Source of the DNA: Bdellovibrionota bacterium
Lineage (GTDB): Bacteria; Bdellovibrionota_C; UBA2361; CALJRW01
Length of the DNA: 64,000 bases
NCBI GenBank assembly: GCA_041740355.1
Contig: JBGSMD010000005.1
Coordinates: 1 to 64,000 of the forward strand
Direction of reading: 5' to 3'
Part shown: positions 29,176 through 38,248 of the stretch, in pieces
Position numbering within the stretch: the stretch's first letter is position 1
How the letters are laid out: the number at the start of each line of letters is the position of its first letter
Notes under the pieces: model-generated
Databases searched by the model: none
What the model was told of the DNA's origin: nothing
Seen by the model: the letters and a program-made list of their open reading frames with translations, nothing else
Made by a program: the position numbers and the translations under genes

Positions 29176-29943
29176 ATGAATTTTCAGACCAAATTAAAAA
29201 ATAGTAAAAATAATTTAGCAATTTATTTCACTGCTGGTTATCCTAAATTAGAGTCCACAGCCGAAATTTTAAAAGCATTGGATTGCAGTGGTGCTGACTT
29301 AGTGGAAGTTGGTTTGCCTTTTTCTGATTCTTTAGTAGATGGGCCAACAATTCAAGCCAGTAACCAAGTGGCACTTGATAATGGTCAACACCTAGCCAAT
29401 GTGTTGGAGCAGTTAAAAACTACTGTTGGTCAGGTTCAGATTCCGATTGTTTTAATGGGTAGTTACAATCCAATCTTACAATATGGAATGGATAAATTTG
29501 TGGTTGATGCCAAGCAAGCGGGAGTAACTGCGGTCATTATTCCTGATTTGCCGCCAGAAATTTACCAACAAGATCACCAAAAGTTATTTGAAGAAGTCGG
29601 TCTGGGAGTTTGTTTCTTAGTGACCAGTCATACTACAGAGGAAAGAGTTAGATTTCTAGATTCCTTAACCACCGGTTTTATTTATCTTGTATCCTCCGAC
29701 AGTATTACGGGAACCAAGCTAGCCTTAAATCCAAAACTGGAAAGTTATTTTCAACGTATTCTGAGTTATAATCTTAAGAGTCCAATCCTAGTGGGCTTTG
29801 GAATTTCTGATGCGGAGAGTTTTCAAGCAGCTTGTAAATATTCCAATGGCGCAATTATTGGAAGTCATTTCATTAAAAACCTAGCGGAATTTAATGACTA
29901 TTCTTCTCAAATTAAATCATATATTACTGAAATCAAAGCCTAA
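29176..29943 (+). CDS. trpA: Tryptophan synthase alpha chain
   Basis: YFTAGYP, EVGLPFSD..DGPTIQ, IPDLP, VGFGIS. Confidence 0.95.
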   Translation: MNFQTKLKNSKNNLAIYFTAGYPKLESTAEILKALDCSGADLVEVGLPFSDSLVDGPTIQASNQVALDNGQHLANVLEQLKTTVGQVQIPIVLMGSYNPILQYGMDKFVVDAKQAGVTAVIIPDLPPEIYQQDHQKLFEEVGLGVCFLVTSHTTEERVRFLDSLTTGFIYLVSSDSITGTKLALNPKLESYFQRILSYNLKSPILVGFGISDAESFQAACKYSNGAIIGSHFIKNLAEFNDYSSQIKSYITEIKA

Positions 29944-29989
29944 CCTAAGGCTACTAATTCTCAGCAAATTATTGCTTTAAGTAATAATC

Positions 29990-31036
29990 ATGATTAGAAA
30001 AATATTATTTTTATTGCTAGCGCTTCAACCAGTATTAATTTTTGCCGACGAACAGCTTACTTATGATGGATTTTTAGATACTTATTATGCTTACGATCCC
30101 GGACAGAATGGAACAAGGCTTAGAGATTACACTACTCAAGCATATTATAATGAAGAGCCTGCAATTAACTTATTTAGTTTGGGTGTAAAATATAATCAAG
30201 AAAATTACCGAGCGAAAATCTCGATGCAAGCTGGTAGTTCTGTTGATGCTAATTATTCCGCAGAAGAGACCGAAAATATTAAATATATTCAAGAAGCAAA
30301 TGTAGGTATTAAACTATCGGAGAAACTTTGGTTTGATACTGGAATTTACTTTTCTCATATCGGTCTAGAATCTTGGGCCTCAAAAGACAACTGGGCATAC
30401 ACTAGATCTTTAGTTAGTGAATACACTCCTTACTATCAGGCAGGTGGAAAACTAACTTATGATTTAGGAGGTAGTGATTTTATCGGATTACACTTGCTAA
30501 ATGGATGGCAAAATATAACTTCTAATCGTGAACTTGCCTTTGGTTTACAATATTACAATCAGATAAATGATTTACTTTCTTTTACCTACAGTAATTTTAT
30601 TGGAGATGAAGAAGGCGAAAGGATTTTTAATGATTTCGTATTAAAGGTAAAAACATCAGATTTCCTGGAGTTTGCAACCGTAGTTGATATCGGTCATCAA
30701 GATCAACTAGAAGGTGATTCTTGGTGGTATGGACTGTCACTTCTGTCAAAGTTTACATTTAATCAAGATTTATCTTTAACACTAAGATTGGAAAGATTTT
30801 CTGATCCCGATCAAGTTTTGGTTAGTAGTGTTTCTGATGAGAGTTTTAAAGTCTGGGGTACTTCAGCCAATATCGACTATCAAATTTATCCGAATTTATT
30901 CTGGAGAAATGAAGCCAAGTTAATGTTTGGTGGAAATTCAGTGTTTAAAGATAATGACAATTTCGATCAAAATAATCTGTTGCTAATAACGTCGCTGAGC
31001 TATTGGTTTAATGAATCACGAGACTTATGGAACTAA
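29990..31036 (+). CDS. Putative outer-membrane beta-barrel porin (BBP2/OmpL-like)
   Basis: Signal peptide, GFLDTYY, DTGIYFSHIGLE, TPYYQAG, NGWQN, alternating beta-strand pattern. Confidence 0.75.
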   Translation: MIRKILFLLLALQPVLIFADEQLTYDGFLDTYYAYDPGQNGTRLRDYTTQAYYNEEPAINLFSLGVKYNQENYRAKISMQAGSSVDANYSAEETENIKYIQEANVGIKLSEKLWFDTGIYFSHIGLESWASKDNWAYTRSLVSEYTPYYQAGGKLTYDLGGSDFIGLHLLNGWQNITSNRELAFGLQYYNQINDLLSFTYSNFIGDEEGERIFNDFVLKVKTSDFLEFATVVDIGHQDQLEGDSWWYGLSLLSKFTFNQDLSLTLRLERFSDPDQVLVSSVSDESFKVWGTSANIDYQIYPNLFWRNEAKLMFGGNSVFKDNDNFDQNNLLLITSLSYWFNESRDLWN

Positions 31037-31073
31037 AATTAAAATCACTAAATTTTATAAAATAGGTTTACTC

Positions 31074-32327
31074 CTATTTTGATATTATCTGACTCAAATT
31101 TTTATAACCAGTTTTAGTAACAAGAATATCATCTTCAATCCTTATCCCACCTGCTGGAATATTCTTAGTAGCTTTGGAAAAATAAAGTCCAGGTTCAATT
31201 GTAAAAACCATTCCAGTTTTTAAAAACAATTCTTTACCTTCACGGTGCCCTCCTGGGTCATGAGTTTCCATTCCGAGACTATGCCCAATACTGTGCACGA
31301 AGTAGGGAGCAAAGGCTCGCTTTGCCATTAACTCGGAAACTTTTCCTTTTAAGACTCCAAGTTCCTTCAGTCCAATGGTTAATTCTTTAGCGGCAGCTAA
31401 GTAAACATTTTTAATTTGAGCTTTGTCTTTTACTTTGGCGATCGCTGCTTCGTTAGCACTTAATACTATCTGATAAATCTCAGCGTAGATTCCACGATGA
31501 TCTCCACCGACTGGGTAACAGCGAGATATATCAGCGCAATAATTTTGATATTCAGCGCCACAGTCAATTAATAGGTAGTCGTCTTTTTTTAATTTACTGG
31601 AATTTTGATGATAGTGGAGGACTGCGGCATTCTTCCCACTAGCCATTATTGTATTAAAAGCTAAACCGTTTGCACCATGAATTTTAAATTGAAATTCAAG
31701 GGCTGCGGTTAAATTTGCTTCTGGCATACCTGGGGTAATTAAATGTTGAATGGCAGCTAGTGAATCACCAGTGATTTGAATTGCCTTTTGCATTAATTCA
31801 ATCTCTTCAGGATCTTTTATTAAACGTTCCGTAGCAACAAATGCTTCGGTGGAAAGAATCGATCTTGGAAAACGCATGGCTGTTAATTTATCTAAAGAGT
31901 TTAGATAAAATAAAACTTGATTCAGATGAGAGGCTTGTTGTTTAGGGCAGTACAAGTTTTCGAAACTACGAATTTTGCTAAGAATAATATTTAAGAAGGA
32001 AAGTTCTTCGGTATAAATTAAATCTGCCTTAATCTCCCGGGCTAACTTTTCAGCAGATTCTTGTGGACCATCCCAGACAACCTTTAATGGATTAGGCTTA
32101 TTGGTAATGATAATTGGTTTTTCCCAAGCATTAGAGATTAACAGAACGGCATTAAGGATTTTGCTTCCTGTTAAATAGTAGAAATCAGGATTTACGACGT
32201 AGGTGTCATTTGTTCCAGATTTAATTCTCTCTGGAGCAGATTCTAATGCTAGGCAGGAGTTTCCATTGCCTTCGGCTAATTTTTTAAGTACTCTTTTGAT
32301 TCTCTGATTAAAAATATCTTTTTTCAT
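31074..32327 (-). CDS. pepP: Xaa-Pro aminopeptidase (M24B)
   Basis: DFYYLTG, LHY, IDCGAE..Y.ADISR, HSIGH..G..HD, TIEPG, GIRIEDD. Confidence 0.88.
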   Translation of the reverse strand: MKKDIFNQRIKRVLKKLAEGNGNSCLALESAPERIKSGTNDTYVVNPDFYYLTGSKILNAVLLISNAWEKPIIITNKPNPLKVVWDGPQESAEKLAREIKADLIYTEELSFLNIILSKIRSFENLYCPKQQASHLNQVLFYLNSLDKLTAMRFPRSILSTEAFVATERLIKDPEEIELMQKAIQITGDSLAAIQHLITPGMPEANLTAALEFQFKIHGANGLAFNTIMASGKNAAVLHYHQNSSKLKKDDYLLIDCGAEYQNYCADISRCYPVGGDHRGIYAEIYQIVLSANEAAIAKVKDKAQIKNVYLAAAKELTIGLKELGVLKGKVSELMAKRAFAPYFVHSIGHSLGMETHDPGGHREGKELFLKTGMVFTIEPGLYFSKATKNIPAGGIRIEDDILVTKTGYKNLSQIISK

Positions 32328-32332
32328 AATAA

Positions 32333-32743
32333 ATGACAGATTCAGGTTTTAAAATAAACGTTTCAATCACTGAACAAGATTTAATAGCACCTTACAATCA
32401 TGTTCACCATGCACAAATCTTGCATTTTGTGGAGCGTGCTAGGACAGAGTGGATTGCCTCACTTGGGTTTCCCATGGAATATTGGTTTAGTGTGGGAATT
32501 TTTCCAGTCGTTAGAGCCATGTCGATTGAATATCTAAGAGAAGTCAAACTAGGGGAGCATCAGATTTCCTGCCATTGTTTGGAATTAGCAAGGCGAAATT
32601 TATTCATTCATCAAGAAATCCTAAATGATCAAGGCAAAGTTCTTGTAACTGCCGAGGTAAATTTGATGTTTATTGATGTTAAAACAGGTCGAGGTGCAGT
32701 ATTAGATCAGGCTTTGAGTTCTAGAATCGCACCAACTGTTTAG
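32333..32743 (+). CDS. Acyl-CoA thioesterase (hotdog fold, YbgC/FadM-like)
   Basis: D....HVHHA....FVERAR pattern, 136 aa. Confidence 0.8.
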   Translation: MTDSGFKINVSITEQDLIAPYNHVHHAQILHFVERARTEWIASLGFPMEYWFSVGIFPVVRAMSIEYLREVKLGEHQISCHCLELARRNLFIHQEILNDQGKVLVTAEVNLMFIDVKTGRGAVLDQALSSRIAPTV

Positions 32744-32759
32744 TATGTATCGCCAGTCT

Positions 32760-32788
32760 TTGACATCTGACTGATATTATTGTACATT
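32760..32788 (+). promoter_or_regulatory. Sigma70-type promoter for rpmE
   Basis: TTGACA-17 bp-TACATT. Confidence 0.65.
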
Positions 32789-32845
32789 TCCCGCCTTAAT
32801 TTTAGTAAGCGTTCAGCCATTGGCTGAAAAGCTTTCAAGACCCCC

Positions 32846-32969
32846 TAATCGTTTAGAGTTTGAGTGGAGGTCGAATTAAAAAATTTAGCAAAAATGCAGG
32901 TGTACTACTAGTACAGCGAGTATTTTGCTAAATTTTTTCTTTCGAGATCCGCCAAAGACTGAAAGGTTA
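32846..32969 (+). repeat. Palindromic element family C, copy 2 (124 bp)
   Basis: Highly similar to 25454-25576, with compensatory stem changes. Confidence 0.9.
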
Positions 32970-32992
32970 TTAATTTTATTCTAAGAAGTGCT

Positions 32993-33205
32993 ATGAAAGC
33001 AGGAATTCATCCAGAAATTTTTGAATCAGTTGTCACATGTGGTGGTTGTGGTTATTCCTTTACAGTTGGTTCAACTCTAAAGACTATTAACGCAAGCGTT
33101 TGTTCTCAATGTCATCCATTCTACACAGGTAACACAAACAATGTGGATACTGCTGGTCGCGTAGATAAGTTCAAAGAGAAGTACGCTAAATTCATGGTGA
33201 AGTAA
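32993..33205 (+). CDS. rpmE: 50S ribosomal protein L31 (Cys-containing, Zn-binding type)
   Basis: MKAGIHP, CGGC, CSQCHPFYTG, GRVDKF. Confidence 0.96.
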   Translation: MKAGIHPEIFESVVTCGGCGYSFTVGSTLKTINASVCSQCHPFYTGNTNNVDTAGRVDKFKEKYAKFMVK

Positions 33206-33213
33206 GCGTAAGG

Positions 33214-33231
33214 AAGGTTTGTTCAAACCTT
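33214..33231 (+). terminator. Hairpin just downstream of rpmE
   Basis: AAGGTTTG-TT-CAAACCTT inverted repeat; no clear U tract. Confidence 0.4.
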
Positions 33232-33232
33232 G

Positions 33233-33343
33233 TAGCCGTTCACGTTTGATGGTTGAAGTCTTCCAAAAGAACTTCCAAGAAAAATAAACAAGTTTTTTCT
33301 TGGTCAAAATCTTGATGATTTTGTCCAGTGGTGTGAACGGCTA
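33233..33343. mobile_element. MITE-like 111-bp element
   Basis: Perfect 11-bp terminal IR TAGCCGTTCAC/GTGAACGGCTA, TA ends, two internal hairpins. Confidence 0.6.
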
Positions 33344-33415
33344 TTATCTCCACCCCCAATTTACTTCGTAAATTGACCCCTTTAAGGGGATTTGAACTTT
33401 CATATATTAGACTAC

Positions 33416-33940
33416 ATGAATAGTTACAAATCTTTGTTTATAATACTTACTTTTCAAATCTTTGTTTCCTGTAACCAAAACTTCGACGAAGGTTTGGCTC
33501 CAGGTCAGTCTGCTCCAAATTTCCAACTTAAAAATCTTGCTGGTGAAACCGTTAGTCTTTCAGACTATCGTGGTAAGAACGTCTTACTTAACTTCTGGGC
33601 TAGTTGGTGCTTGCCTTGTAAGCAGGAAGTAAGCAATCTTGAAAAACTCTCCAAATTAAATCCTGAAAAATTAGTAGTCTTAGGAGTTGCCGTTGACGAT
33701 CAAGCAGCTGATGTGGCTAAGTTCATTACTGACTACCAAATGAGCTTTCCTGTGGTTTTAGATGCTGACAGTAAGGTAAAAAACAAATACGGTGTAACTG
33801 GCTTTCCCGAATCTTATTTTATTGATCGGGAAGGGAAGATTAAGTTAATCTTAGATCCTGATAAACAAACCCTTGATGCAAAAATCACTGGTCCCAGAGA
33901 ATGGGAGAAGCCAGCTTTAAGTCAACTACTACTACAATGA
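33416..33940 (+). CDS. TlpA/ResA-like thiol-disulfide oxidoreductase lipoprotein
   Basis: Lipobox-like FVSC, NFWASWCLPC, GFPESYFID..G. Confidence 0.9.
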   Translation: MNSYKSLFIILTFQIFVSCNQNFDEGLAPGQSAPNFQLKNLAGETVSLSDYRGKNVLLNFWASWCLPCKQEVSNLEKLSKLNPEKLVVLGVAVDDQAADVAKFITDYQMSFPVVLDADSKVKNKYGVTGFPESYFIDREGKIKLILDPDKQTLDAKITGPREWEKPALSQLLLQ

Positions 33941-34725
33941 TTCCAGAAATATTTAGTTTAGGACCAATTCCCGTAAATAGCTTTGGACTGATGGTTGCTT
34001 TAGCGATCTTTTCGGCATCAATTCTTTTAGCAAAAAGTTTTCAAGTAAATGGGTTGAATCCAAATCTTGCGGAGAAGTATGTTCTTACTGGTGGTATTGG
34101 TGGATTGATTGGTGCGAGACTTTGGTACGTGTTTGTTGATAATTATGATGATTTAAAAAATGATTTATTTTCAGCATTGATTTCTTCGGCTGGATTTACA
34201 TTTTATGGTGGTTTCATAATCAGTGCGCTTCTTTTATTTGTTTTAATTATAATTGATAAGATTAGAATCAGTTCTTTTGTTGATGCTTTAGGACCAGCAC
34301 TTGCGCTTGGATATGCAATTGGTCGACTTGGATGTCAGTTATCAGGCGATGGGGATTATGGAATTGAAACTACAAATATCTTTGGAATGTCATTTAGTAC
34401 GGGAGTAATTCCAACAGCTCCCGGAGTCTTAGTTTATCCAACACCACTATATGAATCTACAATCTGCATCTTAATTGTTTTCCTTTTGCTCTACGTTGAG
34501 CGATTAGTAAAATGGCAAATGGCTCCTGGGGCAAGATTTGGTTTGTATTTGAGCTTAATTGCGATGGAGCGATTTGTGGTCGAGTTTATTCGAATAAATC
34601 CAGAAGTGGTAGGCACTCTTTCGCAGGCTCAAGTGATTTCATTAGCTATCTTTTCTTTTGGTCTTGTCTTAATTGCAACTGGTTTTGTTAGGAAGCTGTT
34701 AAGAAAATCAGCAATTACCACTTAA
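33937..34725 (+). CDS. lgt: Prolipoprotein diacylglyceryl transferase
   Basis: GARL.Y, FYGG, AIGRLGC...GD, PTPLYE, RF.VEF.R; ATGA overlap with the upstream gene. Confidence 0.92.
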   Translation: MIPEIFSLGPIPVNSFGLMVALAIFSASILLAKSFQVNGLNPNLAEKYVLTGGIGGLIGARLWYVFVDNYDDLKNDLFSALISSAGFTFYGGFIISALLLFVLIIIDKIRISSFVDALGPALALGYAIGRLGCQLSGDGDYGIETTNIFGMSFSTGVIPTAPGVLVYPTPLYESTICILIVFLLLYVERLVKWQMAPGARFGLYLSLIAMERFVVEFIRINPEVVGTLSQAQVISLAIFSFGLVLIATGFVRKLLRKSAITT

Positions 34726-34841
34726 TTTGTTTTAAATTCAGTCTTTCCCAGTTACACAACTTAGCCTATTCTGATCTAGTTCTTAGTCTGTATTTGCAAG
34801 AACGGTTTTCTCCTGCACACTCAGGAACAAAAGGTTTTCAC

Positions 34842-35315
34842 ATGTTAAGACTATTAGGCGTTTCCCTATTCGTAATATTCCTTTGCTCTTGTAGCACTCA
34901 GCAGCAAGGCTCAAGCCATTCCAAAGTAGTTGATGATTTAATCAAAGATCCATTAACCGAAGATGAAACAGTCGAAGTTTTAGATCAATCTGCTCAAAAT
35001 TGGTTTTATGGAAATGGATTAGGGGATACTGCTTTCAAAATCGGAACCTCGGTGCTTTTCCCTCCTGTTGCTTTGGTCTGGTTAGCAGATGTTGGAATGC
35101 AAGCGACTGGGACTGGAAGTGTTAGTCTAAAAGCAGTTCTTCCCGAAGATACATCCGATACTATTATTGAAAATTATCAGGCAGTAGTTTCTGTTCCTGG
35201 AAAAGTTACTTCCTTAGTTGCGGGCAAAGAGTTTCGTGATCAAGAAAGAGGGGAAGCGATTATAAGGAATGTACTTAATAGCCACGAAAATCCTAAGGAT
35301 TTAAGTGATGTATAA
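34842..35315 (+). CDS. Hypothetical lipoprotein
   Basis: Hydrophobic leader ending LCSC; ATG 34842 preferred. Confidence 0.7.
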   Translation: MLRLLGVSLFVIFLCSCSTQQQGSSHSKVVDDLIKDPLTEDETVEVLDQSAQNWFYGNGLGDTAFKIGTSVLFPPVALVWLADVGMQATGTGSVSLKAVLPEDTSDTIIENYQAVVSVPGKVTSLVAGKEFRDQERGEAIIRNVLNSHENPKDLSDV

Positions 35316-35374
35316 TTTCTGCTCAAAAAGCAATTGCTTTAGAAAGTTTGTTTAGATATTCAACTGACTATAAA

Positions 35375-35858
35375 ATGAATAAATTAAAAAACATAGAACT
35401 TTCCTTACAAGAGATGTTAGAAAATGGAGTTATCAAAATTCCATATGAATGGCTTGCTAGTAGTATGGGACTTACGCTTATAGGGATTATTGGTATTGAT
35501 TTTTTTTTATTCCAATGAGCTAAATCTTGTTGTTTTAACAGTAGGAATTTTAATATTTTTTGTAGGACTTGGGATAAGAAATATTACAAAGATCAATGGA
35601 AATCAGTTCATACATCTAACGAATGCAATTGGATTCGTACTGTTTAAAAAAATAGTTAATATAACTGAAATAAAGAAGATTAGTTTACATGAAGAACAAG
35701 ACTTCATAACTGGCAAGCTAATCCCAACACTATTAATTGAAACTCCAAAAGATTCTATTAAATTAAAGAGAGGATGGAGCCTTGAAGAGCTTGAGTTTAT
35801 TAAGAAAAGAATTGAGGAAAGTTTGAATAATAAAAGTACATCTCACCCTAATCAATAA
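35375..35858 (+). pseudogene. Two-TM membrane protein gene frameshifted in a T9 tract (35500-35508)
   Basis: Frame from ATG 35375 stops at 35516-35518; removing one T fuses it to the 35490-35858 ORF giving 160 aa. Confidence 0.65.
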
Positions 35859-35888
35859 TACATGTGTTCTGACAAACAGCCTTAATGT

Positions 35889-37064
35889 TTAGTTATAATC
35901 CACATTAATATCAATATACCCCTTCGTCAGATCGCAGGACCAAAAAGTAGCCTGCTCATCCCCAACATTTAGATTTACATCAATTACAATTGTATCTTGT
36001 TCAAGTAGTAATTTAAGTTCCGCTCTAGTAACACGAGTTGGAGTTGATTTTTCAAGGACTGAAATTCCTTGAAAAGCCAAATCAAGCTTGTCAGGATCGA
36101 GTTCAACTTCTGGGTGTTTTCCTACAGCCATAATTACTCTTCCCCAATTAGGATCGGCACCGTGAACTGCCGTTTTGATTAACGGGGAATCTCCGATACT
36201 ACGGGCAACCGTCCTAGCATCTTCCTCTGATTTTGCACCAGTCACTCGAACTTCAATTAATTTAGTTGCTCCTTCACCATCACGAGCAATTTTTTTAGCT
36301 AAAGTCTGACAAGCATCGTTTAGTACTTTTTGTAAGATAAGATATTCGGATTCTTGAATTTTAATCTCACCAGTAGCAATCACAATCACTTGATCGCTGG
36401 TGGACGTGTCGGTATCAACAGAGATCATATTAAATGAATTATGAACGGCAAGCTTTAGCATTGTTTGCAAAATCGCGGATGGAAGATCAACATTTACAAC
36501 TAAAAAAGAAAGCATCGTTGCCATGTTGGGAGCAATCATACCAGAGCCTTTAGCAATTCCGGCAATCTCTAATTTTCCAGCAGAGATTTTTTCGGTCAAA
36601 TAAACTTCTTTTTTAACTAAATCTGTAGTTAGGATTGCTTCAGCAGTTAAGGCACCATTTCGTTGCAGCGGATCTTTTAAAAGCACTTCTAGTCCCGAGA
36701 CTAGTTTCTCAATTGGAAAGCGCACGCCGATAATACCGGTGGAAGCAGTCAGGACTTCTTCCGGTTTTAGATTTAAAAGTCTAGCAGCGTCTTCCGCTGA
36801 CTTGTTAGTCGATTCAATGCCTTCTGGGCCAGTCATAACATTGGCATTACCAGAATTAATAATAATCGCCTTAGTCACTGCAGAACCTAAAGCCTTCCTA
36901 TTTCTTGAGATACAGGGAGCGCAGAAGAGGTTTGTGGTAAAAACAGCCGCCGAGGCAACAGCACCTGGGACATAAATATAGGATAAATCTAGCTTATCCT
37001 TTTTGATTCCACAAGGAATTGCTGAAGTATAAACACCAATTAGATCACTTAAGGTTTTAAACAT
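35889..37064 (-). CDS. argJ: Ornithine acetyltransferase / N-acetylglutamate synthase
   Basis: NSGNAN, STGIIG, AKGSGMIAPNMATML, DTSTSD, DGEGATK, DPNWGR. Confidence 0.95.
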   Translation of the reverse strand: MFKTLSDLIGVYTSAIPCGIKKDKLDLSYIYVPGAVASAAVFTTNLFCAPCISRNRKALGSAVTKAIIINSGNANVMTGPEGIESTNKSAEDAARLLNLKPEEVLTASTGIIGVRFPIEKLVSGLEVLLKDPLQRNGALTAEAILTTDLVKKEVYLTEKISAGKLEIAGIAKGSGMIAPNMATMLSFLVVNVDLPSAILQTMLKLAVHNSFNMISVDTDTSTSDQVIVIATGEIKIQESEYLILQKVLNDACQTLAKKIARDGEGATKLIEVRVTGAKSEEDARTVARSIGDSPLIKTAVHGADPNWGRVIMAVGKHPEVELDPDKLDLAFQGISVLEKSTPTRVTRAELKLLLEQDTIVIDVNLNVGDEQATFWSCDLTKGYIDINVDYN

Positions 37065-37108
37065 AATTTAGCGTTTCATATATCTACTTGCCGTTATATT
37101 CATTGATT

Positions 37109-37212
37109 TGAAACACTCTTAAGTTGTAATTGCGGAGTAAAATTGGATAAATCCAATATTTACTCTCGCCGTAAATTACTATGTTTTGGCAAGGTTTTTT
37201 GAAATTTACTTA
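37109..37212 (+). repeat. Palindromic repeat family E, copy 2
   Basis: GCGGAGTAAAATTGGATAAATCCAATATTTACTCTCGCCGTAAA; homologous to 10649-10753. Confidence 0.75.
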
Positions 37213-37320
37213 AATCTAATTTAACTAAAAAAAATACTCAAGGAAATAGGCTATATTGGTCGAGGTTATTAATGAATTTAGTAATTGTCGTTACTGAAAT
37301 GATTATCTATAATCAACACA

Positions 37321-38196
37321 ATGTATACCCTTGGAATAGTTGCTAAATATAATCGCCCTGAAGTGCTAGCTGTAGTTAGCCAAGTTGAGTATTGGGCAGC
37401 TGCCAAATCAATCAAAGTTTTCTTTGAAGCAGAGTCAGCAGTTCTCTTAAATAAACCTAAGGGTCTTCCAATCGAAGAATTAGTCCGAGTTTGTAATCCC
37501 TTAATAACTTTAGGTGGGGATGGAACTTTGATTCGAATTGCACGCTATGCTGCGGATTTTGATCGGACGATCATCGGAGTTAACTTTGGAAATCTTGGAT
37601 TCTTAACAGAAGTAGTGCCTGAAGATCTAATCCAAACCTTAGATAATTTTCTAGTAAAAAAAGTACTGTTAGCGAATCGGGCGATGATTAAGTCGCAAGT
37701 TTTTCGAGCTGGAAAAGAAGTCTTTAGTTGCCGCGCTCTTAACGATGCCGTAATTTTAAAATCTTCCTTAACGTCTTTAATTGATTTGGATATTAGTAAA
37801 GATCAAGAGGAGATGATGAGACTAAGGGCTGATGGTTTAATTTTTGCCACTTCAACTGGTTCAACAGCATACTCTTTAGCAGCTGGTGGTTCTATCGCTT
37901 ATCCAGCACTTTCGGTATTACTTATTACGCCGATTTGTCCCCATTCCCTTACAAATCGCCCTTTAATTATGCCTTTAGAGGCTGAATACTTCGTTAGTAT
38001 TCCTGAAAATGCGGGAAGTTTAATGCTTACGATGGATGGGCAGGAATCCTTTGAGCTGATTTCCGGTGATTTGATTAAAATCACAAAGGCTAAAGCTTCT
38101 CTTCAGTTCGTCCGATCAGCTAATAAGAGTTACTTTGAGATTCTTCGAAGTAAGCTACATTGGTCTCGAGCTAATGATACGAAAAATAACCGTTAA
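37321..38196 (+). CDS. nadK: NAD kinase
   Basis: GGDGT, GNLGFL, ALND, DGLI..T.TGSTAYSLAAGG, PICPHSL. Confidence 0.95.
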   Translation: MYTLGIVAKYNRPEVLAVVSQVEYWAAAKSIKVFFEAESAVLLNKPKGLPIEELVRVCNPLITLGGDGTLIRIARYAADFDRTIIGVNFGNLGFLTEVVPEDLIQTLDNFLVKKVLLANRAMIKSQVFRAGKEVFSCRALNDAVILKSSLTSLIDLDISKDQEEMMRLRADGLIFATSTGSTAYSLAAGGSIAYPALSVLLITPICPHSLTNRPLIMPLEAEYFVSIPENAGSLMLTMDGQESFELISGDLIKITKAKASLQFVRSANKSYFEILRSKLHWSRANDTKNNR

Positions 38197-38248
38197 ATAA
38201 TGTAGTTTTAGATGCTTTAATTGAAAGCTACAGCGATCAATAGGATAA

